Virus record (IMG/VR): IMGVR_UViG_2675903366_000007
Origin: a virus
Taxonomy: Duplodnaviria > Heunggongvirae > Uroviricota > Caudoviricetes
Length of the DNA: 16,884 bases
Reading direction: 5' to 3' (one strand)
Shown: positions 8,342 to 15,632 of the stretch, one piece after another
Layout: each line of letters opens with the position of its first letter
Numbering within the stretch: the stretch's first letter is position 1
The notes under the pieces: generated by a model
What the model saw: the letters and a program-made list of their open reading frames with translations, nothing else
Told to the model about the DNA's origin: nothing
Databases searched by the model: none
Translations under genes and position numbers: made by a program

Positions 8342-8353
8342 TCCAAGCTTGGG
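8323..8353. repeat. Two copies of ATCCAAGCTTGGG (each with the palindrome CCAAGCTTGG) separated by 5 nt, between the convergent gene B and Q
   Basis: Copies at 8323..8335 and 8341..8353. The first copy encodes the last codons of gene B (SKLGK then stop) and the second repeats them after the stop. The two palindromes can pair into a 10-bp hairpin. Confidence 0.55.
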
Positions 8354-8362
8354 TTAGCACTC

Positions 8363-8704
8363 TTAAACCATTCTCAGAACACCATCAATAAAACCTAAAG
8401 CAGTTTGCAATTCCTTTCTGATCGTACCATCTGAGCATTTCCGCTTCTTTGCAATTGTACGGAGCGAAACCCCAATAACAAAATGTGCGATTATCAGCTC
8501 ATATTCTTCAGGCCTATATTTACGCAACCGAGCCACACAACTGTCTATCATAATGCCTTCGTCATCATCACACTGAATCCGGGACTTTTTGCCATGAGGT
8601 AAAAGCCCCTTGAAGCCAGCGGCTACCGGTTGCCAGTCCACTCCGCTATTGTCTGAAGCAGCCCAAGCCCCCCAACGATCCATCACTTCATACATATCAC
8701 GCAT
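8363..8704 (-). CDS. Late-gene antiterminator Q (QuuD-like family)
   Basis: MRDMYEVMDRWGAWAASDNSGVDWQPVAAGFKGLL...SRIQCDDDEG...KKRKCSDGTIRKELQTALGFIDGVL matches the conserved pattern I recall for the DLP12 QuuD-type Q proteins. Start taken at ATG 8704 (GGAG 8 nt upstream). Confidence 0.7.
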   Translation of the reverse strand: MRDMYEVMDRWGAWAASDNSGVDWQPVAAGFKGLLPHGKKSRIQCDDDEGIMIDSCVARLRKYRPEEYELIIAHFVIGVSLRTIAKKRKCSDGTIRKELQTALGFIDGVLRMV

Positions 8705-8721
8705 CAACTTTCTCCACAAAA

Positions 8722-9717
8722 TCAGGCCAGCACGCCAATTGCCAGCGCACGATCGATAAAACGAAATATCAGCTCCAGCTGGGAGCCATACATCTCTTCA
8801 AATGCCACGGTATCCGCATGCAGCTCGTCGTGATGCTTTCTGCACAAAGGCAACACAAAGAGGTCATGCGCTTTTGTACCCATTCCACCCTGACCGTGAC
8901 CTATCAGGTGGTGGGGATCATCAGCAGGTTTTCCACAACATGCGCACGGCTGCGTCTTAACCCAACGCGTGTACTTTTCGTTAACCCAGCGGCGACGTTT
9001 TGGGCGTAACATAAAAGAGTCCGGCGACTCCGGATCCACTTTCAGCGCCAGCACCTTTTTTGCCTTATCCTGGATGATGCTGGTGGCAGGAACCGAAGGC
9101 ACAAGGCCACTTTCCCGGGTGACAGACGGCACAACAGGCTTTGGTAATCTCAGTGCCTTACGGGCTGCACTTTCCGGTAAGGCATCCGCCAGGTCATTAC
9201 GAATCAGCCACCAGCACAGTTCCGGCATTGTCACAACGTGACTGTCATCAAAACCGAGATCCCGACGCACAACAGACAACACCCAGCGGGCACAGTTATC
9301 CGTTGCCATTGACTCCAGCCGTTCCGTGAACTGATCGCGCAGCTGGTTATCGCAGTGCCAGCACAGACGGATTGCGCCCGGAGCGTGTCGCATTGTGGTC
9401 ATGTTCTCGCTGTGCCAGTCGGAATGAGGCCACTGGCAGCCTTTTTCACGAAGTAACCAGCTTTCAAGACATTCCACGCCACCAGCACGACGGATCACTG
9501 CCTCATTGCGGAACACGGCCCGAACGGCAGGATCATCCGCCAGCGGTTGTGATGCCGCCGGAACGGCACCGCTGGCGAAAGATGAATAACGTTCCGGCTC
9601 AGGCTCCAGCAGGACACGCCCCTGCATAAACAGGGGCATCAGCTCTGAACCAGGTCTGAACAATACGATCCCCATACGCGGGGCAATTTCAGGGGTCAGT
9701 AGTGCTCTCACAGTCAC
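8722..9717 (-). CDS. DUF968-family prophage protein (YdfU-like) with a C-terminal Cys/His-rich motif
   Basis: 331-aa ORF. C-terminal CACCGKPADDPHHLIGHGQGGMGTKAHDLFVLPLCRKHHDELH is characteristic of DUF968 proteins, which sit next to Q in lambdoid prophages. Confidence 0.6.
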   Translation of the reverse strand: MTVRALLTPEIAPRMGIVLFRPGSELMPLFMQGRVLLEPEPERYSSFASGAVPAASQPLADDPAVRAVFRNEAVIRRAGGVECLESWLLREKGCQWPHSDWHSENMTTMRHAPGAIRLCWHCDNQLRDQFTERLESMATDNCARWVLSVVRRDLGFDDSHVVTMPELCWWLIRNDLADALPESAARKALRLPKPVVPSVTRESGLVPSVPATSIIQDKAKKVLALKVDPESPDSFMLRPKRRRWVNEKYTRWVKTQPCACCGKPADDPHHLIGHGQGGMGTKAHDLFVLPLCRKHHDELHADTVAFEEMYGSQLELIFRFIDRALAIGVLA

Positions 9718-9718
9718 C

Positions 9719-10516
9719 TCAATGAACGGTATCGAGCAGCTTTAACAGCTCAGGGAATCGGGATTCGAAGAAATGCGGCTGCGTCTCGCGCGGATTTGCG
9801 GGACTGGTGATGTTCTTGCCGAACATGCAGCCTTTCGCTGTCAGCGACCAGAATTTTTTGATGTTGTTAATCGAGGTACGGCTGTATCGTTCGCGTTGTT
9901 CAACGATCCCCAGCTTCGCCATCTGGTGATATGCCTGATTAGCCGTCAGGCAGATACCATACTGTTTCAGCAGTGCACTCAGTGACAGTGTCGGGCGACT
10001 TGAGCCATCAGGCGCGTCAGCAGGAGCATCAATGGCATAGCGCGGTGCCAGATTCGGTAAGCCAACAGCCTCCTGAAGCTTCTGACAGGCACCAAGCACT
10101 GAAGAGTTAGACAGGTTTAATTCCCGGCGCATAAAGTCCAGCAGAATCACACCAGCCTGCATCTTGTCAGCAGCCTGTCCGGATAATTTTTCCGGTGCGC
10201 TGGTTACCATGTCGAAAGTACGGATCACCTTCAGATGGAATGACGGGCTGATCCACATTGCATAGGCATACACCAGTTCTTTGCAGACATACGTCCCCTG
10301 GTTATTTCCGCCACGAATAACGTTAACTGGCTCTATATTGACCGAGTTGCAAATCTGCAACTCGCTTATTAAACGTTCAGTTTGCTCATTGCGGAGCCAG
10401 AATGCAGGCTTATGCTTATCCAGAGAACCGGCAGCCCTGTGCAGATCGTTCAGGCTGTAACGCCCATAAGCATCACGACGAACTTCAATACCATCAATGA
10501 CCATCAGATTATTCAT
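9719..10516 (-). CDS. KilA-N domain protein
   Basis: N-terminus MNNLMVIDGIEVRRDAYGRYSLNDLHRAAGSLDKHKPAFWLRNEQTERLISEL fits the KilA-N pattern. Start taken at ATG 10516 (AGAGGAG 8 nt upstream). Confidence 0.65.
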   Translation of the reverse strand: MNNLMVIDGIEVRRDAYGRYSLNDLHRAAGSLDKHKPAFWLRNEQTERLISELQICNSVNIEPVNVIRGGNNQGTYVCKELVYAYAMWISPSFHLKVIRTFDMVTSAPEKLSGQAADKMQAGVILLDFMRRELNLSNSSVLGACQKLQEAVGLPNLAPRYAIDAPADAPDGSSRPTLSLSALLKQYGICLTANQAYHQMAKLGIVEQRERYSRTSINNIKKFWSLTAKGCMFGKNITSPANPRETQPHFFESRFPELLKLLDTVH

Positions 10517-10535
10517 ACTTCGTTTCTCCTCTTGA

Positions 10536-10925
10536 TCAGGCGGCTGCACCCGCCGTTTTCTCGTACTTACTGATAGTGATCTCGACCTTCCCTTCCGGGA
10601 TAACCGGTCCCCACTCCACCAGCATTCTTTTCACCTGACTGTCGTCTTCCCACACCCCCGCGTGGGTCAGGGCGTCAAACAGCGCCTTGTTATAGTTGTC
10701 CAGATCGCGGATCCGGTTATCCGGAGGAAATAACACGATCTCCACAGAAGCAGGTGCCGACGTTGGTTTCGGCAGACGACGTAACTGTTCAACTATTGCT
10801 GCACACGCCGCGCTCTGGAATTTTCGCCCCGCCTCGCTTATCAGGCTCTTACCTGCAAACGCCCCTTTGTTGGGGTGTCGCCAGTACGTGTTCACGCTGG
10901 GCGGAAAAGGCAGAATCAGCTTCAT
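10536..10925 (-). CDS. rusA: Holliday-junction resolvase RusA
   Basis: MKLILPFPPSVNTYWRHPNKG...DLDNYNKALFDALTHAGVWEDDSQV is a hallmark RusA sequence. ATGA overlap with the upstream gene. Confidence 0.85.
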   Translation of the reverse strand: MKLILPFPPSVNTYWRHPNKGAFAGKSLISEAGRKFQSAACAAIVEQLRRLPKPTSAPASVEIVLFPPDNRIRDLDNYNKALFDALTHAGVWEDDSQVKRMLVEWGPVIPEGKVEITISKYEKTAGAAA

Positions 10926-11248
10926 ACTTTCATACCCCTCTTATGTAACCAGTGGGTTGCACGCAGCCTGGCGTTTTCCTCACCGGCAAGCAGTGAGCGG
11001 ATAATCCCGACCGCCTCGCTGTCGTCGTCCTTCACCGCGGTATGAAGCGTTATCCCCCGGGCCACGCCACGCTTTATCGTGATGACGCCTTTTTTCTCCA
11101 GTGCGCGAAGATGCTCCACCGCTGCATTCACCGAACGGTATCCCAGCATGGTTGCCACCTCCTGATTGGTTGGCGGAAAGCCACGTTCTTGCTGGTAAGA
11201 AATCAGCATATCCAGCACCTGCTGCTGGCATTGAGTTAACGTCGTCAT
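10922..11248 (-). CDS. LexA-type DNA-binding domain protein (winged HTH only, no S24 peptidase domain)
   Basis: MTTLTQCQQQVLDMLISYQQERGFPPTNQEVATMLGYRSVNAAVEHLRALEKKGVITIKRGVARGITL closely parallels the LexA N-terminal DNA-binding domain. Start taken at ATG 11248, which overlaps the upstream stop by 1 nt (TAATG). Confidence 0.6.
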   Translation of the reverse strand: MTTLTQCQQQVLDMLISYQQERGFPPTNQEVATMLGYRSVNAAVEHLRALEKKGVITIKRGVARGITLHTAVKDDDSEAVGIIRSLLAGEENARLRATHWLHKRGMKV

Positions 11249-11742
11249 TAAGCCCCCACGTAATTCCCTGACAGATACCATTCATCACCCGATACAGCGC
11301 GCTTGCTGCTTTTCCGTAAGCACAGCTCACGACGCGCCAGAAAGTTGTTTCGTTCTGGCTGGGAGTGACTTTCACGGAATGCCGCCATCCACACCGTTGC
11401 AGCACGACGGTATAACCCCCTCGACTCCAGTTCTTCAGCCTGGCGGGTCAGGCATAAAATCACCCGGGGATCGTTAGTGCCGACATAGAAATTGCGCACA
11501 GGTCTGGTTTCACGAACTGGTTGTGGTTCCGGCTCCTGCGCTCTATCAGTCAGGCGCGGGAAATGTCTGCGTGTATCTCCTTCACAACGGTGAGCCACAC
11601 GCCCACTCTGACGTAACTTGCTTGCTGACTGCAGAACGCGCTGCCGTGAGTAATCTGCAAAAGCATCCGCAATGTCTGCGGAAGTACACCCCGGATGGGC
11701 TTCAATGAATTTCTGAACGTCATTCAAAAGACTCATGATCAC
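11248..11742 (-). CDS. Hypothetical regulator with a PerC-like C-terminal motif
   Basis: 164-aa ORF. AEELESRGLYRRAATVWMAAF...ERNNFLARRELCLRK resembles the PerC-family signature as I recall it; the N-terminal half looks HTH-like. Confidence 0.45.
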   Translation of the reverse strand: MIMSLLNDVQKFIEAHPGCTSADIADAFADYSRQRVLQSASKLRQSGRVAHRCEGDTRRHFPRLTDRAQEPEPQPVRETRPVRNFYVGTNDPRVILCLTRQAEELESRGLYRRAATVWMAAFRESHSQPERNNFLARRELCLRKSSKRAVSGDEWYLSGNYVGA

Positions 11743-12557
11743 CCCCTGAATCCTGCCGGGATCTGGCTGTAGTCCACGTTGTCGTAACTGGCTTTGAAGT
11801 ACGGGTCCTCGCGTCTGGCTGCAGATACCGCAGGAACTTCCCAGGATTCTTCGAAATGACGATCCGGACCAAAGAACGTGACAGCCTGTTTCACAAATTG
11901 TGTGCCGCTGTTACCCATCGCAGATACCCAGCCCGCGTAGCGTTTCACACCTTCCAGCATGGTTTCGGGGTTTACCCCCTCATTCAAACGGGCTTTCCAG
12001 GCTTTGAAGGCTGCAGATTTTGAATTGCCACCAGCACGTTTGGGATATGCCAGCCATGCCTGCTCAAACTCCGGAGAGTATTCCGGTCGGTTTGAACGAA
12101 CTCGCACGGACTCATCAACTGATGCACCAACAGCTATTGGTTCATTGACTGATTCTTTGACTGGTTCAAAAGAGTGACTGGTTCTGGGTGAATCTCCTGC
12201 ACTACCCCCTGATGCAACTCCTGCACTACATGGTGAATTTGCTGCACCAGATAGTGAATTATTTGCACTACCCCCTAGTGAATCTCCTGCACCATCCAGA
12301 TGAAGGAGATAGATATTACTTGAGTTACCTTTTTCACCTTTCCGGGTGACTTTTTTTACCAGCCCGGACTCACAAAGGGCCGCAATATGATTCATCACAG
12401 AACGTTTGCTAATCTCGCACTGGTCAGCAATATGCTGATAGCTGGGCCAGCACTCCCCCTGATCGCTGGCATTATCAGCCAGCTTGATCAGAACCAGTTT
12501 TCGCAATGGATTACCCACTCGAATTTTCATCGCTTTAACCATCAGCTCCATACTCAT
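11739..12557 (-). CDS. Putative replication initiation protein (O-like, N-terminal HTH domain)
   Basis: N-terminus LRKLVLIKLADNASDQGECWPSYQHIADQCEISKRSVMNHIAALCESGLVKK is typical of phage replication-initiator HTH domains. Followed by a Gly/Ser-rich linker and a C-terminal FEQAWLAYPKRAGGNSKSAAFKAWKARL motif. Sits in the O position downstream of cro and cII. Confidence 0.55.
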   Translation of the reverse strand: MSMELMVKAMKIRVGNPLRKLVLIKLADNASDQGECWPSYQHIADQCEISKRSVMNHIAALCESGLVKKVTRKGEKGNSSNIYLLHLDGAGDSLGGSANNSLSGAANSPCSAGVASGGSAGDSPRTSHSFEPVKESVNEPIAVGASVDESVRVRSNRPEYSPEFEQAWLAYPKRAGGNSKSAAFKAWKARLNEGVNPETMLEGVKRYAGWVSAMGNSGTQFVKQAVTFFGPDRHFEESWEVPAVSAARREDPYFKASYDNVDYSQIPAGFRG

Positions 12558-12778
12558 GCTGCACCTCCGAGATGCTTCATGTTTTTTCCGGAGCGAAAGG
12601 CTATAAGCGGCATACTGACGCGGTAATTACGGCCCAGCGGTTCACAAATCACCTTCTGACATTCACGGTCAACCAGGCTAACACGTAGAACATGCCCTGC
12701 AGGCGTGGTGTACCACTGACCCGGACGAGGACAACGGAAAGTCTGATTGGTAAACCGTTTGAAAATATTTCGGATCAT
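12554..12778 (-). CDS. Small hypothetical protein (74 aa)
   Basis: ORF with ATGA overlaps to both neighbours (Rha stop and O-like start). No recognisable motif. Confidence 0.35.
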   Translation of the reverse strand: MIRNIFKRFTNQTFRCPRPGQWYTTPAGHVLRVSLVDRECQKVICEPLGRNYRVSMPLIAFRSGKNMKHLGGAA

Positions 12779-13282
12779 TTGCGCCCCCTTACCTCTGAAG
12801 AGTTCAGCGACGAATGAATAAGACGGGCAAGAAATGCCGCATCGTTAATTCGGTCATACAGACTTACTGCCAGCGGTGATTCAGCTTTTTCCAGCATGGG
12901 ATAAAGCTGCTGCAACCAGGCCTGATGAATTGATGAAATGTAGGAATAGAGAACGCTGGCGTTATGTGCAACGTCGCTCGGTACAGAGGGCTTTGAAAGC
13001 TGTTTCTCCATCTGGTTAAAGGCATTGATATATGCCTCTTTGAACTGGGCAGCACGTTTACCCGTGAAACCCATAGCAAGAAACGCAAAACCGTCGCGTG
13101 TGATTTGGTAGCAAGGAAGTTTGCGTCCTGTGCAATCAGTGTAATCACTCACCGAAAAATTGCGGGCAGTGAATGATGCTGAGCATTCAAGCGTGCGGAT
13201 CTTTTTCAGTACATCGTCATGACGTTTGGAGAAGAAGTTGGCAACAGCTAGGGATGAAGTAACAGCCTGACCATCAACGATG
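12775..13282 (-). CDS. Rha-family phage regulatory protein; 5' end interrupted by the assembly gap
   Basis: The track ORF 12775..13152 continues upstream in the same frame with no stop and no start codon as far as the N run: EIAIVDGQAVTSSLAVANFFSKRHDDVLKKIRTLECSASFTARNFS then VSDYTDCTGRKLPCYQITRDGFAFLAMGFTGKRAAQFKEAYINAFNQME. This is the classic Rha domain pattern. Confidence 0.7.
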
Positions 13283-13332
13283 GCAATTTCAGNNNNNNNN
13301 NNNNNNNNNNNNNNNNNNNNNNNNNNNNNNNN
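13283..13332. other. Assembly gap (run of 50 N)
   Basis: 50 consecutive N characters; the true length of missing sequence is unknown. Confidence 0.98.
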
Positions 13333-13670
13333 ATGGCAGAATCAATGTGTTGGTGGTCCATCACACTCAACAAAATCACGCCTGAATTTCCACAAAGGAC
13401 TAAAGCACTCATGCGGGTAGTCTTTGCGAAGATAGATAACACGCTGTGTTTCTGGTTCCCAACGAATAACATGAACATAGAGCCCTCTTCCGTCACGAAA
13501 CCAGCGGTTAAGTTCCTGCACAACTCGCCCCCCACAGTCAGGTAAAGTTCTCTGTGGTTACTTACAGCCAGGTGATTTGGTAATCTGCATTCACGCCGTA
13601 ACAACAGGTGTTCAGCGGCACTGACCACCAGCTGTTGCGACAAACGGTTATTTGCCGTTAAACTGTTCAT
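13333..13670 (-). CDS. Hypothetical protein, 3' end lost in the gap
   Basis: ATG 13670 overlaps the stop of the upstream cII-like gene (ATGA). The frame stays open to the gap. Composition is unremarkable, so confidence is low. Confidence 0.3.
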
Positions 13671-14230
13671 GCGTTAGTTTCTCCACAGACACAAAACGCC
13701 ACGACGCCCGGAGCTGCACACTCGCGGGCGTCACTCTTTTCTGGAGCGCAAAAGATTTTGTAGACCAGTGCTGCATGCTCCTGGAGCTTCGAAATTGACA
13801 GATACAACTCATCATTAATTGCTGTCTGCTCATGTGGCTCCACTACCCCATCTTCGATTGCCGAACGAATCTGCTTTGAGTAACTCCCGATCTGTTCGAT
13901 GACTTCCAGCAGGCGCTGGTTTATATCGGCGTTCTCTACTTCCTCAATTTCAGGAAGCGATACAAACACCCCACCAGCAGACTGTGCGACAGCATCCGCA
14001 ATGTAGTGAGTGCCAGCCGCGCGCTGTAAAATCATTGCCCATCCCAACGGGAAAATCTGATCACCATCTGCACGAAGGCGGTTGAATAAAGCATTCTCTG
14101 TTACATCAAGCCAGTCAGCCGCTTCAGCGTAACCACCCGGCAACGCCGCGATAGTTTTTCTGACAGCTTTCACGTACCACTCAGGCTGTTTTTCTACTTT
14201 CCAGTGATGCTTACCCACGGTTAGCCTCAT
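13667..14230 (-). CDS. CII-like early regulatory protein (tentative)
   Basis: 187-aa ORF immediately downstream of cro. Sequence (...ALFNRLRADGDQIFPLGWAMILQRAAG...) resembles the phage CII regulatory family as I recall it. Assignment is by position and weak recollection. Confidence 0.45.
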   Translation of the reverse strand: MRLTVGKHHWKVEKQPEWYVKAVRKTIAALPGGYAEAADWLDVTENALFNRLRADGDQIFPLGWAMILQRAAGTHYIADAVAQSAGGVFVSLPEIEEVENADINQRLLEVIEQIGSYSKQIRSAIEDGVVEPHEQTAINDELYLSISKLQEHAALVYKIFCAPEKSDARECAAPGVVAFCVCGETNA

Positions 14231-14261
14231 CGTTCTGTGGTTAAAAATTGAAGGTGTTCTG

Positions 14262-14462
14262 TTAATCTTTCGGATAGATATCCGGTCTTAAGTCAGATTT
14301 CGTAATTGCACTTGACGTGCATTGCTCAAGTTTTTTAGCCAGCACAAAACTGGCTTTTTTATAACCATTGAAAACCAGCCGTAAGTAGCCAGGTGTTGAG
14401 CCAACTTTTCCGGCCAACTCGCCCTGCTGTTCTTTGGTTAAAGAGTCCCAATACGCTTTCAT
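14262..14462 (-). CDS. cro: Cro-like repressor (YdaS-type HTH)
   Basis: MKAYWDSLTKEQQGELAGKVGSTPGYLRLVFNGYKKASFVLAKKLEQCTSSAITKSDLRPDIYPKD (66 aa). GGAGGT 9 nt upstream of ATG 14462. Divergent from cI across a 90-bp operator region. Confidence 0.7.
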   Translation of the reverse strand: MKAYWDSLTKEQQGELAGKVGSTPGYLRLVFNGYKKASFVLAKKLEQCTSSAITKSDLRPDIYPKD

Positions 14463-14468
14463 ACAACA

Positions 14469-14535
14469 TGTACCTCCAGTATACATACTACATGATTGAG
14501 ATGAACCTTCAAGATACTTGTACCTTATCGGTACA
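14469..14535. promoter_or_regulatory. OR-type operator region between cro and cI
   Basis: Perfect 17-bp palindrome TGTACC-N5-GGTACA at 14519..14535 and a degenerate copy TGTACC-N5-TATACA at 14469..14485. Confidence 0.5.
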
Positions 14536-14552
14536 AAGGTTTTAATTTCGTT

Positions 14553-15227
14553 ATGAAAACAATCCATGACATCCGGCGGTCTAACGCCAGAAAACTGAGA
14601 GATGGTGTTGGCGGAAATTCATCCTTTGCCACCATGATTGATCGCGAGCCTACCCAGACCAGCAGGTTTATGGGGGATGGCGCTACTAAAAATATCGGTG
14701 ACAGCATGGCACGGCACATCGAAAAATGTTTCGACCTGCCTGTCGGATGGCTTGATCAAGAACACCAGACAACGAACATCACAAAAAAACCTGATGTTTC
14801 AATCACTAATAAAAAAATAACGTTAGTCCCTGTCATATCATGGGTACAGGCCGGAGCATGGAAAGAAGTTGGCTATTCTGAGGTTGATTTGAGCACAACA
14901 GAAACGTATCCCTGCCCTGTACCCTGTGGCGAAATGACTTATATATTGAGGGTGATTGGTGATTCAATGATTGATGAGTACCGTCCGGGAGACATGATTT
15001 TTGTCGATCCAGAAGTACCAGCCTGCCACGGCGATGACGTTATTGCATTGATGCACGATACAGGTGAAACCACCTTCAAAAGGTTGATAGAAGACGGGAC
15101 ACAGCGTTATCTCAAAGCATTAAACCCCAACTGGCCTGAGCCTTACATTAAGATAAACGGTAATTGCTCTATCATTGGTACAGTTATTTTCTCAGGAAAA
15201 CCAAGAAGATACAAAATTAAAGCCTGA
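14553..15227 (+). CDS. cI: CI-type prophage repressor (HTH plus S24 LexA-like peptidase domain)
   Basis: 224-aa ORF. C-terminal VIGDSMIDEYRPGDMIFVD...TFKRL carries the Ser/Lys dyad context of S24 peptidases, with an Ala-Gly (WVQAGAW) in the linker. Confidence 0.88.
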   Translation: MKTIHDIRRSNARKLRDGVGGNSSFATMIDREPTQTSRFMGDGATKNIGDSMARHIEKCFDLPVGWLDQEHQTTNITKKPDVSITNKKITLVPVISWVQAGAWKEVGYSEVDLSTTETYPCPVPCGEMTYILRVIGDSMIDEYRPGDMIFVDPEVPACHGDDVIALMHDTGETTFKRLIEDGTQRYLKALNPNWPEPYIKINGNCSIIGTVIFSGKPRRYKIKA

Positions 15228-15241
15228 TCAATGTCTATGAA

Positions 15242-15262
15242 CCTGCTTCGGCAGGTTTTTTT
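15242..15262 (+). terminator. Intrinsic terminator immediately downstream of cI
   Basis: CCTGC-TTCG-GCAGG hairpin (15242..15255) followed by a T run of seven (15256..15262). Confidence 0.7.
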
Positions 15263-15266
15263 ATAC

Positions 15267-15304
15267 TTGACAATGTACCCTGTAGGTACATAATGTACCT
15301 ACAT
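15267..15304 (+). promoter_or_regulatory. pL-like promoter with overlapping OL-type operators
   Basis: TTGACA (15267..15272), 16-bp spacer, CATAAT (15289..15294). The spacer is the operator palindrome TGTACC-N5-GGTACA (15274..15290), and a second palindrome ATGTACCTACAT lies at 15293..15304. Confidence 0.5.
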
Positions 15305-15369
15305 AAGATATCGAACAGGCAGGACGCCCACGAAGTAGCCGTCCGGGGCATACGAAGACCGGAATGATT

Positions 15370-15398
15370 CGTAAATAAAAAAGCGCCCAAATGGACGC
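15370..15398 (-). terminator. Intrinsic terminator for the small minus-strand ORF
   Basis: On the minus-strand RNA, GCGUCCA and UGGGCGC form a stem with one G-U pair, followed by UUUUUUAUUU. The terminator lies 25 nt past the ORF stop. Confidence 0.55.
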
Positions 15399-15422
15399 TT
15401 CACTTTTGAACTGGATTTATAA

Positions 15423-15632
15423 TCAATTATTTTCTTCATAAATGTTTTGTAATGTATTTATGAGATTTGGTATTTCTTTTATGGGAAAAGAATATATTGG
15501 ACTTTCGATAATTTTATCAGATTCAAATGGTGGTTGTTTGCAGGACAGTTGAACTATAACTGAATTATGATCTTTAACTGGCACACAGTACCAACCACAT
15601 ACATCAAAAACAGGAGTATTTTGATTATCCAT
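15423..15632 (-). CDS. Small hypothetical protein (69 aa) in an AT-rich island
   Basis: MDNQNTPVFDVCGWYCVPVKDHNSVIVQLSCKQPPFESDKIIESPIYSFPIKEIPNLINTLQNIYEENN. GAGGA SD 5 nt upstream of ATG 15632, with its own downstream terminator and an AT-rich upstream region. Confidence 0.5.
   Translation of the reverse strand: MDNQNTPVFDVCGWYCVPVKDHNSVIVQLSCKQPPFESDKIIESPIYSFPIKEIPNLINTLQNIYEENN

Noticed and set aside
8818-9629. Plus-strand ORFs 8818..9009, 8969..9241, 9141..9329 and 9372..9629
   Set aside because: Antisense shadows within the DUF968 gene.
10980-11405. 141-aa minus-strand ORF overlapping the LexA-DBD and PerC-like genes in another frame
   Set aside because: It overlaps two ORFs that have recognisable domain signatures; its composition is Gly/Arg-rich and shadow-like.
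13248-13670. Track ORF translated through the 50-N gap as a run of X residues
   Set aside because: Translation across an unknown-length gap is meaningless; it was split into a partial ORF (13333..13670) and the Rha gene on the other side.
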